This document shows, one piece after another, positions 44,794 to 55,364 of a stretch of 56,759 bases of DNA. How positions within the stretch are numbered: position 1 is the first letter of the stretch; each line of letters begins with the position of its first letter. Made by a program: the position numbers and the translations under genes. Source of the DNA: an uncultured Chloroflexia bacterium (lineage in GTDB: Bacteria > Chloroflexota > Limnocylindria > Limnocylindrales > CSP1-4); contig CAVYBU010000018.1 of the NCBI GenBank assembly GCA_963766735.1, positions 1-56,759 of the forward strand, given 5' to 3'. The notes under the pieces are model-generated. The model did no database searches, was not told the DNA's origin, and saw only the letters and a list, made by a program, of their open reading frames with translations.

Positions 44794-46095
44794 GTGCCCG
44801 ATACCCCGAAGCAGGTCGCGCCGTCCCGCCGCGGCCTGGCACCCACGCCCACCGCGGCCTCGACCCCCGCTGGCGCCGCCGCGCGACTTGCGCAGCTCGC
44901 GTTCCTGCACGAGTTCGCGCAGCTGGCCACCGAGGCCCGCGACTGGGACGAGCTCATGCGCACCCTGGTGGACCGGACGACGGTCGCGCTCGGGGTGGAG
45001 GTGTGCTCCTTCTACCTTCTGGACCGCGACGGCGCCCGCCTGACCCTGGCCGCAACCAACGGACTGGATCCCGAGCAGGTCGGGCATGTCAGCCTGGCCC
45101 TCGGCGAGGGCATCACCGGGCGCGCGGCCGCCGGACGCATGGCCGTTTCCACGCCCGACGTCACGACGGACGAGCGCTTCAGCTGGGTCCGTGGCTTCGA
45201 CATCCACGACCTTCACGCGATGCTCTCGATGCCGCTCGTGTGGAACGAGCGGGTCGTGGGCGTGCTCAACGTCCAGGCGACGGCCGTCCGGGACTTCAGC
45301 CCGGACGATATCGAGTTCATGGGCACGATCGCCGCGCTGCTGGCCGGCATCGTGGAGAAGGGGCGGATGCAGGCCGAGGCCGAGGCACAGCTTGACCGGC
45401 TCTCGCAGCTGGACGCGGCCCGGGCCGAGCTCCTGGCCGTGGTCACCCATGAGCTTCGGACGCCGCTCGCGGTGGTGCGCGCCTACGTTGACCTGCTCGC
45501 GGACGCGGCGGCGGCGAACGCCGATGGCCCGGGCGGCATGGTGGCGGAGAACTGGCGGGCCAGTGCCACCGACCAGGTCACCCGCCTGGACCGGCTGGTG
45601 GACTCGATCCTTGCCTCGGTCCGCGGCGAGGGCCTGACCGGGCTCCGCAGGGACCCGTTCGACGTGGTGGGCGCCGTGGACGAGACGGTTGGAACGCTCG
45701 CGCTCCTGCTCCGGACGCGGGCGGTCCGGTGGACACCGCCAACGGGCGGACCGATGGTCGCCCGCGGGGACAGGGCCCGGTTCCGCCAGGTCCTGGAGCA
45801 CCTGCTCGACAACGAGGCCAAGTACGCACCCCCCGAGGAGGCCGTGTCGCTCGGCATCTGGCGAACCGCGGACGAGCTGCAGGTCTACATCACCGATGAC
45901 GGCCCGGGTGTCCCAATCGGGGACTGGGAGGCGGTCTTCGAACCCTACGTCCGCGTGGACCAGGCACGCTCCCGGGGCTCCGGGATCGGGTTGTTCGCCG
46001 CACGGCGCCTGATGGAGGCGATGGGCGGCCGCGTCTGGATCGAGAAGAACGGTTTCGGCGGATCACGCTTCATGGTGGCGCTGCCGATCGCCTGA
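44794..46095 (+). CDS. cytoplasmic GAF-domain sensor histidine kinase
   Basis: GAF (VCSFYL...LAATNGL...GEGITG...GVLNVQ); THELRTPL; N-box LLDNEAKY; DDGPG; GSGIGL. Confidence 0.9.
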   Translation: MPDTPKQVAPSRRGLAPTPTAASTPAGAAARLAQLAFLHEFAQLATEARDWDELMRTLVDRTTVALGVEVCSFYLLDRDGARLTLAATNGLDPEQVGHVSLALGEGITGRAAAGRMAVSTPDVTTDERFSWVRGFDIHDLHAMLSMPLVWNERVVGVLNVQATAVRDFSPDDIEFMGTIAALLAGIVEKGRMQAEAEAQLDRLSQLDAARAELLAVVTHELRTPLAVVRAYVDLLADAAAANADGPGGMVAENWRASATDQVTRLDRLVDSILASVRGEGLTGLRRDPFDVVGAVDETVGTLALLLRTRAVRWTPPTGGPMVARGDRARFRQVLEHLLDNEAKYAPPEEAVSLGIWRTADELQVYITDDGPGVPIGDWEAVFEPYVRVDQARSRGSGIGLFAARRLMEAMGGRVWIEKNGFGGSRFMVALPIA

Positions 46096-46161
46096 CGGCG
46101 GTGAGCTCCGGGCCTGCCGCAGCTGATGTGGACGGGTTTGGACAACCGCCCCGCCGCCGGT

Positions 46162-47346
46162 TCAGCGCCAGAGCGACTCGTACGGATGCTCGCCCACGAG
46201 CAGGCGGCCCTCGGCGAACCGCTCCAGGCCGAACGGCGTGATGTCCACCATCGACGGCCGCCCGTCCAGGATCCATTCGGCCAGGCTGGCCCCGATCGCC
46301 GGCGCTGTCTTGAAGCCCGAGCCGGAGAACCCGCACTGGAGCCAGAAGCCCTCGGGGCCGGCGGGACCCAGGATCGCCCGCTGGTCCGGCGTCATGCCGT
46401 CCTGCCCTCCGTGGGCGGACCGGAAGTCGCCGTCGACCATCCACGGCACCCTGGCGCAGAGACGCTCGATGGTCGGCTCGAGGATGCCCGGGTCGAAGCC
46501 GACCAGAGGGCGATCCGGTGAGCCACCGATCTCGTTGGCGGTCTCGAGACCCACGAGGAGCAGGTCCCGGCCCTCGGGCCGGAAGTAGACGGCGCCCGCA
46601 TGGTCGAGGACGATCGGGATCTCCGACGGACGCTCGAGTGGGAGACCGAAATAGGCCGTGTCGTGGCGCCAGGCCTGCACCGGGATCTCCACCCCTGCCA
46701 TCAGCGCCAGCTCCCCCGCCCACGCTCCTGCAGCGTCCACCACGACCGGTGCGTCGAGACGGCCCCGTTCGGTGTCGATCCCCACGACGCGGTCGCCGTC
46801 CAGCCGGACGCCCGTGACCCGCACGCCACCGGCATACGTGGCTCCCGCCCGGCGGGCGGCGGCCAGGAGCCCGGCGGCCGTCCCTGTCGGATCCGCATAC
46901 CCCGACTCCGGCTCATAGGCCGCCACCTCGACGTCGTCCACGACCATGCCGGGCACGATCCGCGCGGTCTCGTCCGGCCCCACGACGCTGGTCCGGATGC
47001 CGAGGCGCTGCTGGGCGGCCACGTTGGCGCGCAGCGCGTCGGAGAACTGTGGCGGGACGAGCTGCATGAACCCGGTCCGAACGAACCCGGGATCGCCGTC
47101 CCCCACCCGATCGGTCCAGTCAAGGAAGTACGGGAAGGACGCCCAGGCGAGCTCGGCCTCCAGGGCGAGGTCGTAGTGCATGCGGACGAAACCCGACGAT
47201 TGCCCGGTGGCGCCGGCGCCGATCGCCGAGCGCTCGACCACCGCCACGGACACGCCGCGGCGGGCGAGGTGGAACGCCAGGCTCGCTCCCTGGACGCCCG
47301 CCCCGACCACGATCACGTCGGCCGTGCGGACCGGCAGCCCGGTCAC
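46162..47346 (-). CDS. FAD-dependent amine oxidoreductase (sarcosine oxidase beta / DAO family)
   Basis: VVGAGVQG, GATGQSSG, DAAGAW, TPD, GFSGSGFK. Confidence 0.9.
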   Translation of the reverse strand: MTGLPVRTADVIVVGAGVQGASLAFHLARRGVSVAVVERSAIGAGATGQSSGFVRMHYDLALEAELAWASFPYFLDWTDRVGDGDPGFVRTGFMQLVPPQFSDALRANVAAQQRLGIRTSVVGPDETARIVPGMVVDDVEVAAYEPESGYADPTGTAAGLLAAARRAGATYAGGVRVTGVRLDGDRVVGIDTERGRLDAPVVVDAAGAWAGELALMAGVEIPVQAWRHDTAYFGLPLERPSEIPIVLDHAGAVYFRPEGRDLLLVGLETANEIGGSPDRPLVGFDPGILEPTIERLCARVPWMVDGDFRSAHGGQDGMTPDQRAILGPAGPEGFWLQCGFSGSGFKTAPAIGASLAEWILDGRPSMVDITPFGLERFAEGRLLVGEHPYESLWR

Positions 47347-47374
47347 GCGCGTCCCCCTGCGTCGGCCGCGTCCC

Positions 47375-48502
47375 TCATCGACCGGTCACCGTTCCCATCC
47401 CCACCGTGGTGGCTGCCGATGCGGCCGCGCGCAGGTGCGCGTACCCGGGCTTCACGACCTCGTTGATCAGGCGGAGCCGCTCGTCGAAGGGGGCGAACGC
47501 GGACTTGAGCGCGTTGATCGTCAGCCACTCCATCTCGCCGAGACCGAGGCCAAAGGCGGCATCGAGCGCCGCGAACTCGGAGCTGAGCGAGACGCCGCTC
47601 ATCAGCCGGTTGTCGGTGTTGACCGTGACCCGGAACCGCAACCGGCGGAGCAGGTCGAAGGGGTGGGTCTCGATCGAGGCAACCGCGCCGCTGTGGACGT
47701 TTGACGACGGGCACAGCTCCAGCGGCACGCGCCGGTCGCGGACGAACGTGGCCAGCCGCCCCAGCGCCACGGTGCCATCGTCCTGGACAGTGATGTCGTC
47801 CACGATCCGCACGCCGTGACCCAGCCGCTCCGCACCGCACAGCTGGATCGCCTCCCAGATCGACGGCAGCCCGAACGATTCGCCGGCGTGGATCGTGATG
47901 TGGAAGTTCTCGCGCCGGACGTGCTCGAACGCGTCGAGGTGGCGCGTGGGCCGGTACCCCGTCTCGGGGCCCGCGATGTCGAAGCCGACGACGCCCGCAT
48001 CCCGCCACCGGATCGCGAGCTCCGCGATCTCCATCGATCGGGCGGCCTGGCGCATGGCCGTCACGATGGCCCGGACCACGATCGGGCGGCCGACCGCCGC
48101 GGCCCGGTCCATGCCGATGCGGAACCCCTCGAGGTTGGCCTCCACGACCTCGTCCAGGGTCAGGCCTCGCTCCACGGAGAGCTCCGGGGCATACCTGACC
48201 TCGGCGTAGGCGACGCCGTCCGCCGCCAGGTCCTCCGCGCATTCCGCGGCAACGCGCACGATCGCGTCACGCTCCTGCATGACGCCCACGGTGTGCTGGA
48301 ACGTCTCCAGGTAGAGCTCGAGCGACTTGCGGTCCGCGCCCCGGCGGAACCAGGCGCCGAGCTCATCCGCGTCCTCGGTGGGGAGGTCGCGGTAGCCGGA
48401 CTCCCGGGCAAGCTCCACGATGGTCGCGGGCCGGAGGCCGCCGTCGAGGTGGTCGTGGAGCAGCGCCTTCGGGGCCTGGCGGATGGTGTCGAGCGAGAGC
48501 AT
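47375..48502 (-). CDS. add: adenosine deaminase
   Basis: [37 protein letters not shown]. Confidence 0.92.
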   Translation of the reverse strand: MLSLDTIRQAPKALLHDHLDGGLRPATIVELARESGYRDLPTEDADELGAWFRRGADRKSLELYLETFQHTVGVMQERDAIVRVAAECAEDLAADGVAYAEVRYAPELSVERGLTLDEVVEANLEGFRIGMDRAAAVGRPIVVRAIVTAMRQAARSMEIAELAIRWRDAGVVGFDIAGPETGYRPTRHLDAFEHVRRENFHITIHAGESFGLPSIWEAIQLCGAERLGHGVRIVDDITVQDDGTVALGRLATFVRDRRVPLELCPSSNVHSGAVASIETHPFDLLRRLRFRVTVNTDNRLMSGVSLSSEFAALDAAFGLGLGEMEWLTINALKSAFAPFDERLRLINEVVKPGYAHLRAAASAATTVGMGTVTGR

Positions 48503-48540
48503 CTGGGTCCTCCTGGCCTTCGGTGGCGGTCAGTGTGGCG

Positions 48541-49959
48541 TCAGCCGCCGAGGCGCGCCTGTGCCGCCGCCAGCGCCGCCGCAACCCGGGTCGGCGCCGT
48601 CCCGCCGGCGACGTCCGCGGACGCGAGCGAGCCCTCGATCGTGGCCGCCGCGCGCAGCGCCGCCGCGATCCCCTTCTTCCTGGCGAGCTTCCGGGCCAGC
48701 GGATCGTCACTGCCGTCGAGGGCGGCCCGGAACGCCTCGTCCGGGAGCGCGGCGAGCGTCGCGATGCCCTCGGCCTCGGCGCCGCCGACCAGCCCGCCGA
48801 CGATGTGGTGGGCGGCCCGGAATGGGACGCCGCGCCGGACGAGCTCGTCGGCGAGGGCGGTGGCGGTGGTATAGCCCTCCTCCGCGGCGGCGCGCATCCG
48901 GACACGGTCGATGACGAGCGTCTCGATGAGGCCGGCCATGACGCCCAGCGAGGCATCCAGGGTGGCGACGGCGGCGAAGAACGCCGGCTTGTCCTCCTGG
49001 AGATCCCGCTGGTAGGCGAGCGGCAGCCCCTTGATCAGCGTGAGGATTCCCGCAACCGCGCCGATGACGCCGGCGGTCCGGCCGCGGACGAGCTCCGCGG
49101 GATCCGGGTTCTTCTTGTTGGGCATCATCGAGGAGCCCGTGGAGAAGGCGTCGGCGACGCGCACGAACCCGAAGCGCGGGTTCGACCACAAGGTGATCTC
49201 CTCCGCAAGGCGGCTGAGGTGGACCATCGAGAGGGCGATCGCCGCCATCACCTCCACCACGAAGTCCCGATCCGAGGTGGCGTCCAGCGAGTTGGCCGTG
49301 ACGCCGTCGAAGCCGAGCTCTGCGGCGGTCGTCGCCCGGTCCAGCGGGAAGCCGGCACCGGCGAGCGCCCCGGCGCCCAGGGGCGAGATGTTGACGCGGC
49401 GACGGGCATCCGCCAGGCGCCCGCGGTCCCGCTCCAGCATCTCGACGTAGGCGAGGAGATGGTGCGCGAGGAGGATCGGCTGGGCCGGCTGCATGTGGGT
49501 GGTGCCAGGCAGGACGGCGTCGCCCTCGCGCTCCGCGAGGTCCACCAGCGCCATCTCGAGGCCGACCATGCCGGCATCCAGCCGTCCGATTGCCCGGCGC
49601 GTCCAGAGGCGCAGGTCCGTGGCGACCTGGTCGTTCCGGGAACGCCCGGTGTGGAGCTTCCCGCCGACGATCCCGACCCGCTCCGTGAGCATGGTCTCGA
49701 GGTTCATGTGGACGTCTTCCAGGGCCGGGTCCCACACGACCGCGCCCGAGACGACGTCATCGCGCAGCGAGACGAGGCCCCGCTCGAGATGCTCCGCCTC
49801 CTCCGCCGTGACGAGGTCCGCACGGGCGAGGCCGCGCACGTGCGCGATCGAGCCCGCGATATCGTCGAGCGCGAGCTCAGCGTCCACCTCGATCGAGCGC
49901 GTGAAGTCCGCCATCCGCGCGTCCGGCCCATCGCCGAACCTGCCGCCCCAGAGCCGCAT
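48541..49959 (-). CDS. argH: argininosuccinate lyase
   Basis: LWGGRF, EDVH, HTGRSRNDQ, GSSMMPNKKNPD, DLQEDK. Confidence 0.97.
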   Translation of the reverse strand: MRLWGGRFGDGPDARMADFTRSIEVDAELALDDIAGSIAHVRGLARADLVTAEEAEHLERGLVSLRDDVVSGAVVWDPALEDVHMNLETMLTERVGIVGGKLHTGRSRNDQVATDLRLWTRRAIGRLDAGMVGLEMALVDLAEREGDAVLPGTTHMQPAQPILLAHHLLAYVEMLERDRGRLADARRRVNISPLGAGALAGAGFPLDRATTAAELGFDGVTANSLDATSDRDFVVEVMAAIALSMVHLSRLAEEITLWSNPRFGFVRVADAFSTGSSMMPNKKNPDPAELVRGRTAGVIGAVAGILTLIKGLPLAYQRDLQEDKPAFFAAVATLDASLGVMAGLIETLVIDRVRMRAAAEEGYTTATALADELVRRGVPFRAAHHIVGGLVGGAEAEGIATLAALPDEAFRAALDGSDDPLARKLARKKGIAAALRAAATIEGSLASADVAGGTAPTRVAAALAAAQARLGG

Positions 49960-50033
49960 GGGTGCCTCCTGTCGGGTGAGGCTCCATCGTACCCCGCGCC
50001 GGGCTGGACACCGGGTGGTCCGCCGGGGTCCCC

Positions 50034-51080
50034 TCAGCCGAGGGCGTCTCGCAGCCGCGCTGCCGCCTCCTCGGGGGTCAGGTCGCGCTGGGGCTCGGAC
50101 AGCAGCTCGTAACCGACCATGAACTTGCGCACGGTCGCCCGGAGCAGCGGCGGATAGAAGTGCCCGTGAACCTGCCAGTGGTCCGTGGCCGCGCCGCCGA
50201 ACGGCGCCTGGTGCCAGCCCATGGAGAACGGGAACGGGCGCCGGAAGAGGGCGTCGTAGCGACGGTTCACGTCCCGCAGCGCAGAGGCGAGCCCGTCACG
50301 TGCGGCATCGTCCAGATCGGCCAGTCGGGCGGCCGGGCTGGTCGGCACCAGCATCGTCTCGAACGGCCACGCGGCCCAGAACGGCACCAGCGTCAGCCAG
50401 CCATCGGCGTCGCGGATCACGCGCGGCCCGCCGCGCTCCGCCTCGGCGTAATCGGCCACCAGCCTCCGACCGGTCGAGGCCAGGTGGCGCTTCTGCTCGG
50501 CGTCCTCTCGCTCGGCCTCCACGGGCAGCGCGTCACCGGACCAGATCTGGCCATGCGGGTGCGGGTTGCTGGCGCCCATCGCCTCGCCGCGGTTCTCGAA
50601 GACCTGGACCCATCGGAAACGGCTGCCGAGCTCCGTGGTCTGCTCCGCCCAGACGTCGATCACGCGTCGGATCGAGGCCGCATCCATCCCGGCCAGCGTG
50701 ATGTCGTGGCGCGGCGAGAAGCACACGACGCGGCAGGTGCCCCGCGTCCCCTCGGCACGGAACAGGCCGCCACCAACGCGGGCGTCGGAGGTGTCCGGCC
50801 GGAGGGCCGCAAAGTCGTTGGTGAACACGAAGGTGGAGGCGTAGTCCGGGTTGAGGTCGCCCGTGACGCGGGTGTTCCGGGGGCAGAGGTAGCAGTCCGG
50901 GTCGTGGGCGGGGCGCTCCTCGGGCGGTTCGGGTTCCTCGGCACCCAGCCAGGGGCGCTTCGTCCTGCCGGCGGAGACCAGGACCCACTCGCCGGTCAGC
51001 GCGTTGAGGCGCCGGTGGGGCTCGGCCTCGAGCATCTCGAGGGCGTCATCGTCCGGGCGCGAGGCGCGCTCAGCGGGCAC
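50034..51080 (-). CDS. galT: galactose-1-phosphate uridylyltransferase
   Basis: PHRRLN, CYLCP, FTNDFAAL, FENRG..MGASNPHPHGQ, RKFMVGYE. Confidence 0.95.
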   Translation of the reverse strand: MPAERASRPDDDALEMLEAEPHRRLNALTGEWVLVSAGRTKRPWLGAEEPEPPEERPAHDPDCYLCPRNTRVTGDLNPDYASTFVFTNDFAALRPDTSDARVGGGLFRAEGTRGTCRVVCFSPRHDITLAGMDAASIRRVIDVWAEQTTELGSRFRWVQVFENRGEAMGASNPHPHGQIWSGDALPVEAEREDAEQKRHLASTGRRLVADYAEAERGGPRVIRDADGWLTLVPFWAAWPFETMLVPTSPAARLADLDDAARDGLASALRDVNRRYDALFRRPFPFSMGWHQAPFGGAATDHWQVHGHFYPPLLRATVRKFMVGYELLSEPQRDLTPEEAAARLRDALG

Positions 51081-51891
51081 CGTTCACCTCGACCAGCACG
51101 AGCTCGCCGACGGCCTCCCGCGCCGCTGCCTGGGCCGCCGGGTCCAGCCCGGCGTCGGAGATGAGGATGTCCGCCTGGTCGAGCCGAGCGATCGATGCGA
51201 TGCCGATCACCCCCCACTTGGCGTGGTCGGCGACGACGACGAGGCGGCGACCCGCCTCGATGAGGGCAACGTCGGTCTCGGCCTCCAGCAGGTTGGGGCA
51301 GGTGAAGCCCGCCCTCGTTTCCATGCCATGCACGCCCATGAACACCATGTCGAGGTGGACGGTCCGAAGCTGGGCGACCGCGAACGAGCCGACCAGCGCC
51401 TCCGACGGCGTCCGGACGCCGCCGGTCAGGATCACCGTCTGGTCATGCCGGTGGGATCGATCGAGCACGTCGGCCACCCGGATCGAGTTGGTGACGACCG
51501 TGAGGCCCGGGATGTCGGTGAGACGACCCGCCAGCGCGTGCGTGGTCGTGCCCCCCGATAGCGCGATCGCCATGCCAGGTTCGACGAGGCGCGCGGCGGC
51601 GGCGGCGATCGCCGACTTCTCCGCCAGCTGCAGCGTCGATTTTGCGGAGAATCCGGGCTCGTACAGCGCCAGGGGGGAGGCCGTCGCGCCTCCATGCACC
51701 TTGACCAGCAGGCCCCGTTCGTCAAGGGTCTCGAGATCGCGCCGGATCGTCATGTCCGATACGCCGAGATCCCGCACGAGGTCGGCCACGCGGACGGCGC
51801 CGTGCTCGCGCACACGCTCGAGGATCAGCTCCTGGCGCTGGTGCGCGAAGAGAATGCGACCTCCGTCGGGACCCGGATCGATCTCGCTCAT
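51070..51891 (-). CDS. DeoR/GlpR-family transcriptional regulator
   Basis: RQELIL...VSDMTIRRDL...VHGGA, GGTTT, VVTNS, ADHAKW. Confidence 0.93.
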   Translation of the reverse strand: MSEIDPGPDGGRILFAHQRQELILERVREHGAVRVADLVRDLGVSDMTIRRDLETLDERGLLVKVHGGATASPLALYEPGFSAKSTLQLAEKSAIAAAAARLVEPGMAIALSGGTTTHALAGRLTDIPGLTVVTNSIRVADVLDRSHRHDQTVILTGGVRTPSEALVGSFAVAQLRTVHLDMVFMGVHGMETRAGFTCPNLLEAETDVALIEAGRRLVVVADHAKWGVIGIASIARLDQADILISDAGLDPAAQAAAREAVGELVLVEVNGAR

Positions 51892-52081
51892 GCTGGGCAA
51901 CGTGACTGCGACCTCTTGGAGTGGGTCGCGCTGAGGGTGCACGATCGGCGACATAAAGTCAACAGATCCACACAGGTTTCTGCACTCGTACCGATTTGGA
52001 TCTTGACATCGGCCGTCCGGTATGGGCAGACTGCGCAAGAACCTGTTTGATTCTGTCACAGGTCTGCTTGGAGGAGTCTCT

Positions 52082-53428
52082 ATGGCAACAGGCATTGCCA
52101 TGCGATACCGGGTGCTGGCCGGAGTGGCCGCGCTCGGGATCCTGGTATCCGCATGCTCGAGCGGTTCGACGAGCACACCGGCCCCTGGGGCCACGGCGGC
52201 ACCTGCGGCCACGGCGGCACCTGCGGCCACCGATGCGCCGCCGGCAAGCCTGGGCGAGACGTCGCTGGGCTCGAACGAGAGCGACGAGAACCCGAAGGCG
52301 GCTGTCCACGCCATCGCGGAGTTCTGCCAGCAGCAAGCCGGCATCACGGTCAACGTCAAGGACAACGACCACAACACGTTCCAGAACTCGATCAGCTCGT
52401 ACCTGCAGGGCACGCCTGATGACATCGTCAAGTGGTTCGCGGGCAACCGCGTCCGGTTCTTCGCGAACCAGGGCCTGCTGTCGCCGCTCGACGACGTGTG
52501 GGCCGAGATCGAGCAGTACCAGACGCCGGGCCTCCGCGCCGCCTCAACCGGCACGGACGGCAAGACGTACTTCGTCCCCGTCTACAACTACCCCTGGGTG
52601 GTCCTCTACCGGAAGAGCGTCTTCGCGGAGAAGGGCTACGAGATCCCCAAGACCATTGAGGAATTCACCGCCCTCGGCGACAAGATGAAGACCGATGGCC
52701 TGGTCCCGCTCGCGTTCGGCGACCAGGACGGCTGGCCGGCGATGGGCACCTTCGACATCCTGAACATGCGCATGAACGGGTACGACTTCCACATCGGCCT
52801 GATGGAGGGCCGCGAGAAGTGGACCGACCCGCGGGTCAAGGCGGTCTTCGAGAAGTGGGCGGAGCTGCTCCCCTACTTCCAGGAGGGCGCTCCCGGCCGC
52901 ACGTGGCAGGATGCCGCGAAGGCCGCCCTGGTCGACGGGACGGCAGCCATGTACTTCCTCGGCACGTTCGCGATCGAGCAGGCCGGTGACAACGCCAGTG
53001 ATGTCGGGTTCTTTCCGTTCCCGACGCTCGGCACCGAGTTCGACGGCGAGAACGCCATGGACGCCCCGATCGACGGGTTCATGATGATCGCCAACCCCAA
53101 GAACCCCGATGCGGCCAAGGCGTTCCTCAAGTGCGTCGGGTCGCCCGAGGCCCAGGTCGTCTACGTCACCAGCCCGGGCATCGGCAGCACCGCCGTCTCC
53201 CCGATGGCGGACACCAGCGGCTACACCGAGATCCAGAAGGCCAATGCCGAGGTTGTCAAGGGCGCCGGCAAGATCGCCCAGTTCCTTGACCGTGACGCGC
53301 GCGCCGACTTCGCCGGACCGTCCGGCATGCAGGGCTTCCTGATCAGCTTCCTGTCCAACCCCAGCCTGGACCTCGACCAGTACCTCGGCGAGATCCAGAC
53401 CTACTACGACTCGCTTCCCCCGGAATGA
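52082..53428 (+). CDS. sugar ABC transporter substrate-binding lipoprotein
   Basis: GGAGG SD; lipobox VSAC; ATAAPA linker; DGKTYFVP, YRKSVF. Confidence 0.92.
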   Translation: MATGIAMRYRVLAGVAALGILVSACSSGSTSTPAPGATAAPAATAAPAATDAPPASLGETSLGSNESDENPKAAVHAIAEFCQQQAGITVNVKDNDHNTFQNSISSYLQGTPDDIVKWFAGNRVRFFANQGLLSPLDDVWAEIEQYQTPGLRAASTGTDGKTYFVPVYNYPWVVLYRKSVFAEKGYEIPKTIEEFTALGDKMKTDGLVPLAFGDQDGWPAMGTFDILNMRMNGYDFHIGLMEGREKWTDPRVKAVFEKWAELLPYFQEGAPGRTWQDAAKAALVDGTAAMYFLGTFAIEQAGDNASDVGFFPFPTLGTEFDGENAMDAPIDGFMMIANPKNPDAAKAFLKCVGSPEAQVVYVTSPGIGSTAVSPMADTSGYTEIQKANAEVVKGAGKIAQFLDRDARADFAGPSGMQGFLISFLSNPSLDLDQYLGEIQTYYDSLPPE

Positions 53429-53466
53429 GTCGAACCTAGAGCGACTCGAGCTGGAGTGGCCCGAAC

Positions 53467-54441
53467 ATGAGCAGCCAAGTCGCTCAAGTAGAAGGCGCCA
53501 CCCCGCGGGCTTCGGCCGGCGGGGTGGCGCCTCCACGCCGCGGGGGCAAGCGCTACAGCCTCCTCACGCGCCGCGACCGGATCACCCTGTGGGTGATGGC
53601 TGGGATTCCGACCCTCCTGGTGATCCTGTTCGTCCTGATCCCGCTGGGCGCCTCGATCGTGCTCTCGTTCACCGACTGGAACGGCATCGGCGGCCTTGAC
53701 CGGATCCGTTTCATCGGCTTCAAGAACTACACGGACCTATTCACGATCTACAAGCCGTTCTGGGCGGCCGTCTCCCACAACGTGATCTGGCTGATCTTCT
53801 TCCTGATCATCGCCACGCCGCTGGGCATGTTCCTCGCCGTCCTGCTGGACAAGAACATCCGGGGTACGCGGGTCTACCAGAGCGCCCTGTACATGCCCGT
53901 GGTCCTGTCGCTGGCGATCGTGGGCTTCATCTGGATCCTGATCTATGCACCGGAGCAGGGCCTGCTCAACAACCTGCTGGGACGCACCGCGCAGGGCAAC
54001 CAGATCTCGTGGCTGGGCAATCCGAGCATCAACCTGTGGGCGGTCCTCGTCGCCGCGACGTGGCGCCAGGTGGGCTACGTGATGGTCCTGTACCTGGCCG
54101 GTCTCAAGGGCGTCGACCCATCGCTCCGCGAGGCCGCTGCGATCGACGGCGCGAGCGAGCGGCAGACGTTCTTCCGCGTCGTGTTCCCCGTGATGAAGCC
54201 GATCAACATCGTGATCCTCGTCATCACCGTGATCGAATTGCTCCGAGCCTTCGACATCGTCTTCATCATCAACAAGGGCCTCAACGGTCTGGAGTTGATG
54301 TCCACGCTGGTGACCAACAACATCATCGGTGAGACAAGCCGGATCGGGTTCGGGTCGGCGATCGCCGTGGTCCTGCTCGTCGTCGCGGTCGGGCCGATCA
54401 TCTTCTACCTGGTCCGGGCCCTGCGGGAGGACATCCAGTGA
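53467..54441 (+). CDS. sugar ABC transporter permease
   Basis: SFTDWNG, YLAGLK...LREAAAIDGAS (EAA loop). Confidence 0.93.
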   Translation: MSSQVAQVEGATPRASAGGVAPPRRGGKRYSLLTRRDRITLWVMAGIPTLLVILFVLIPLGASIVLSFTDWNGIGGLDRIRFIGFKNYTDLFTIYKPFWAAVSHNVIWLIFFLIIATPLGMFLAVLLDKNIRGTRVYQSALYMPVVLSLAIVGFIWILIYAPEQGLLNNLLGRTAQGNQISWLGNPSINLWAVLVAATWRQVGYVMVLYLAGLKGVDPSLREAAAIDGASERQTFFRVVFPVMKPINIVILVITVIELLRAFDIVFIINKGLNGLELMSTLVTNNIIGETSRIGFGSAIAVVLLVVAVGPIIFYLVRALREDIQ

Positions 54442-55364
54442 CCGGGATTGCCGTCCAGGGCTCCGCCGCCACCACCGCCTCGGCGTCCGGCAACGTCCGC
54501 CGGCAGAAGAAGATCAAGCGCTATGCCCTGCACGCGTTCCTGATCGTCATCAGCCTCATCTTCCTGCTGCCGCTGGCGTGGGCGGTCTACACCTCGCTTC
54601 GCCCCTACGCGGATACCGGGGGGGACCCCCGGGGCTACGTCTCGTTCGGAGGCGCCTACAACCTGGACAACTACATCCAGGCCTGGACCCAGGGGGAGAT
54701 GGTCAAGTTCTTCATCAACACGATGATCATCGTGGTGCCCGCGGTGATCCTCGTGCTGCTGCTCGCCTCGATGATGGCGTTCACCGTGTCGCGGTACAGC
54801 TGGCGCCTGAACCTGGCTCTCCTGATGCTGTTCACGGCCGCGAACCTGCTCCCGCCGCAGGTGCTCATCACCCCGTTGTTCCGGATGTTCCTCGCCTTGC
54901 CCCTGCCGGAGTTCCTGAGCGACAACGGCGTGGTCTACGACCAGTATGTCGGGATCATCCTGATCAACGTCGCCTTCCAGCTGGGGTTCTGCACCTTCGT
55001 GCTGAGCAACTATATGAAGACGCTGCCCAAGGAGCTCAACGAAGCGGCCACGATGGACGGCGCCTCGGTCTGGAAGACGTACTGGAACGTGATCCTGCCG
55101 CTCACCCGCCCGGCCCTCGCGGCCCTGGCGACGCTCCAGGTGACCTGGATCTACAACGACTTCTTCTGGGCCCTGATCCTGATGTTCACCAACGACAAGC
55201 GCCCGATCACGAGCGCCCTGAACCAGCTCAAGGGCGAGTTCTTCCAGAACAACAACCTGATCGCGGCCGGCGCGATCATGGTCGCGATCCCCACATTGAT
55301 CGTGTTCTTCGCGCTCCAGAAGCAATTCGTCAGCGGCCTGACCCTCGGCTCGACCAAGGGCTAG
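54438..55364 (+). CDS. sugar ABC transporter permease
   Basis: LPKELNEAATMDGAS, YNDFFW, QKQFVSGLTLG; GTGA overlap. Confidence 0.93.
   Translation: MTGIAVQGSAATTASASGNVRRQKKIKRYALHAFLIVISLIFLLPLAWAVYTSLRPYADTGGDPRGYVSFGGAYNLDNYIQAWTQGEMVKFFINTMIIVVPAVILVLLLASMMAFTVSRYSWRLNLALLMLFTAANLLPPQVLITPLFRMFLALPLPEFLSDNGVVYDQYVGIILINVAFQLGFCTFVLSNYMKTLPKELNEAATMDGASVWKTYWNVILPLTRPALAALATLQVTWIYNDFFWALILMFTNDKRPITSALNQLKGEFFQNNNLIAAGAIMVAIPTLIVFFALQKQFVSGLTLGSTKG

Noticed and set aside
52188-52231. 18-bp repeats in the sugar-binding protein gene
   Set aside because: They encode an ordinary ATAAPA lipoprotein tether.
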